Assembly (NCBI GenBank): GCA_051888725.1
Contig: JBJFCA010000163.1
Coordinates: 1-46,823 of the forward strand
Direction of reading: 5' to 3'
Length of the DNA: 46,823 nucleotides
Source of the DNA: Lachnospiraceae bacterium
GTDB taxonomy: Bacteria > Bacillota > Clostridia > Lachnospirales > Lachnospiraceae
Shown: in pieces, positions 46,823 through 46,823 of the stretch
Layout: each line of letters opens with the position of its first letter
How positions within the stretch are numbered: position 1 is the stretch's first letter
Position numbers and translations under genes: made by a program
The notes under the pieces: model-generated
Told to the model about the DNA's origin: nothing
Database searches by the model: none
What the model saw: the letters and a program-made list of their open reading frames with translations, nothing else

Positions 46823-46823
46823 T

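Noticed and set aside
1-46823. CRISPR arrays, IS elements, prophage genes, tRNA/rRNA, invertible promoters
   Set aside because: No repeat-spacer arrays, transposase, integrase or recombinase ORFs, or RNA-gene signatures were seen. The intergenic gaps are short and mostly explained.

Overview
Chromosomal segment of a low-GC Gram-positive bacterium. Gene content and order suggest a flagellated, spore-forming member of the Clostridia, probably Lachnospiraceae (inference). Almost all genes are on the minus strand. In transcription order (right to left) the window holds flgG (partial), flgJ-like, recD2, comF, yvyF-like, two membrane proteins, cdaA-cdaR-glmM and HPr. Next come a divergent DUF212 gene and a DUF3048 lipoprotein, a GtrB-like GT2, and a stand-alone Spo0A DNA-binding domain. 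The rest is a ~33 kb cell-surface polysaccharide locus that runs off the left edge. It encodes a priming transferase, a Wzz/Wzc-like protein, an EpsG-type Wzy, GT2/GT4 enzymes, a CpsK/GT52-like nonulosonate transferase, a PglK-like ABC flippase, pseudaminic-acid genes (pseF, a pseI-GNAT fusion, pseG, pseC), a GT-C-like/GT2 pair, an O-antigen-ligase-like protein, and a CapD/PglF dehydratase with an aminotransferase. The most striking element is a separately promoted six-gene cassette at 4644-10490: FkbH, ACP, MBOAT with a C-terminal DltX-like FIYRGF motif, SGNH/DltD-like protein, MaoC and SDR. It looks like a Dlt-style trans-membrane acylation machine that would load glycerate from 1,3-bisphosphoglycerate, possibly convert it to lactyl, and attach it to the surface glycan. 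No RNA genes, mobile elements or CRISPR arrays were recognised. All family calls come from motif recognition, not database searches.
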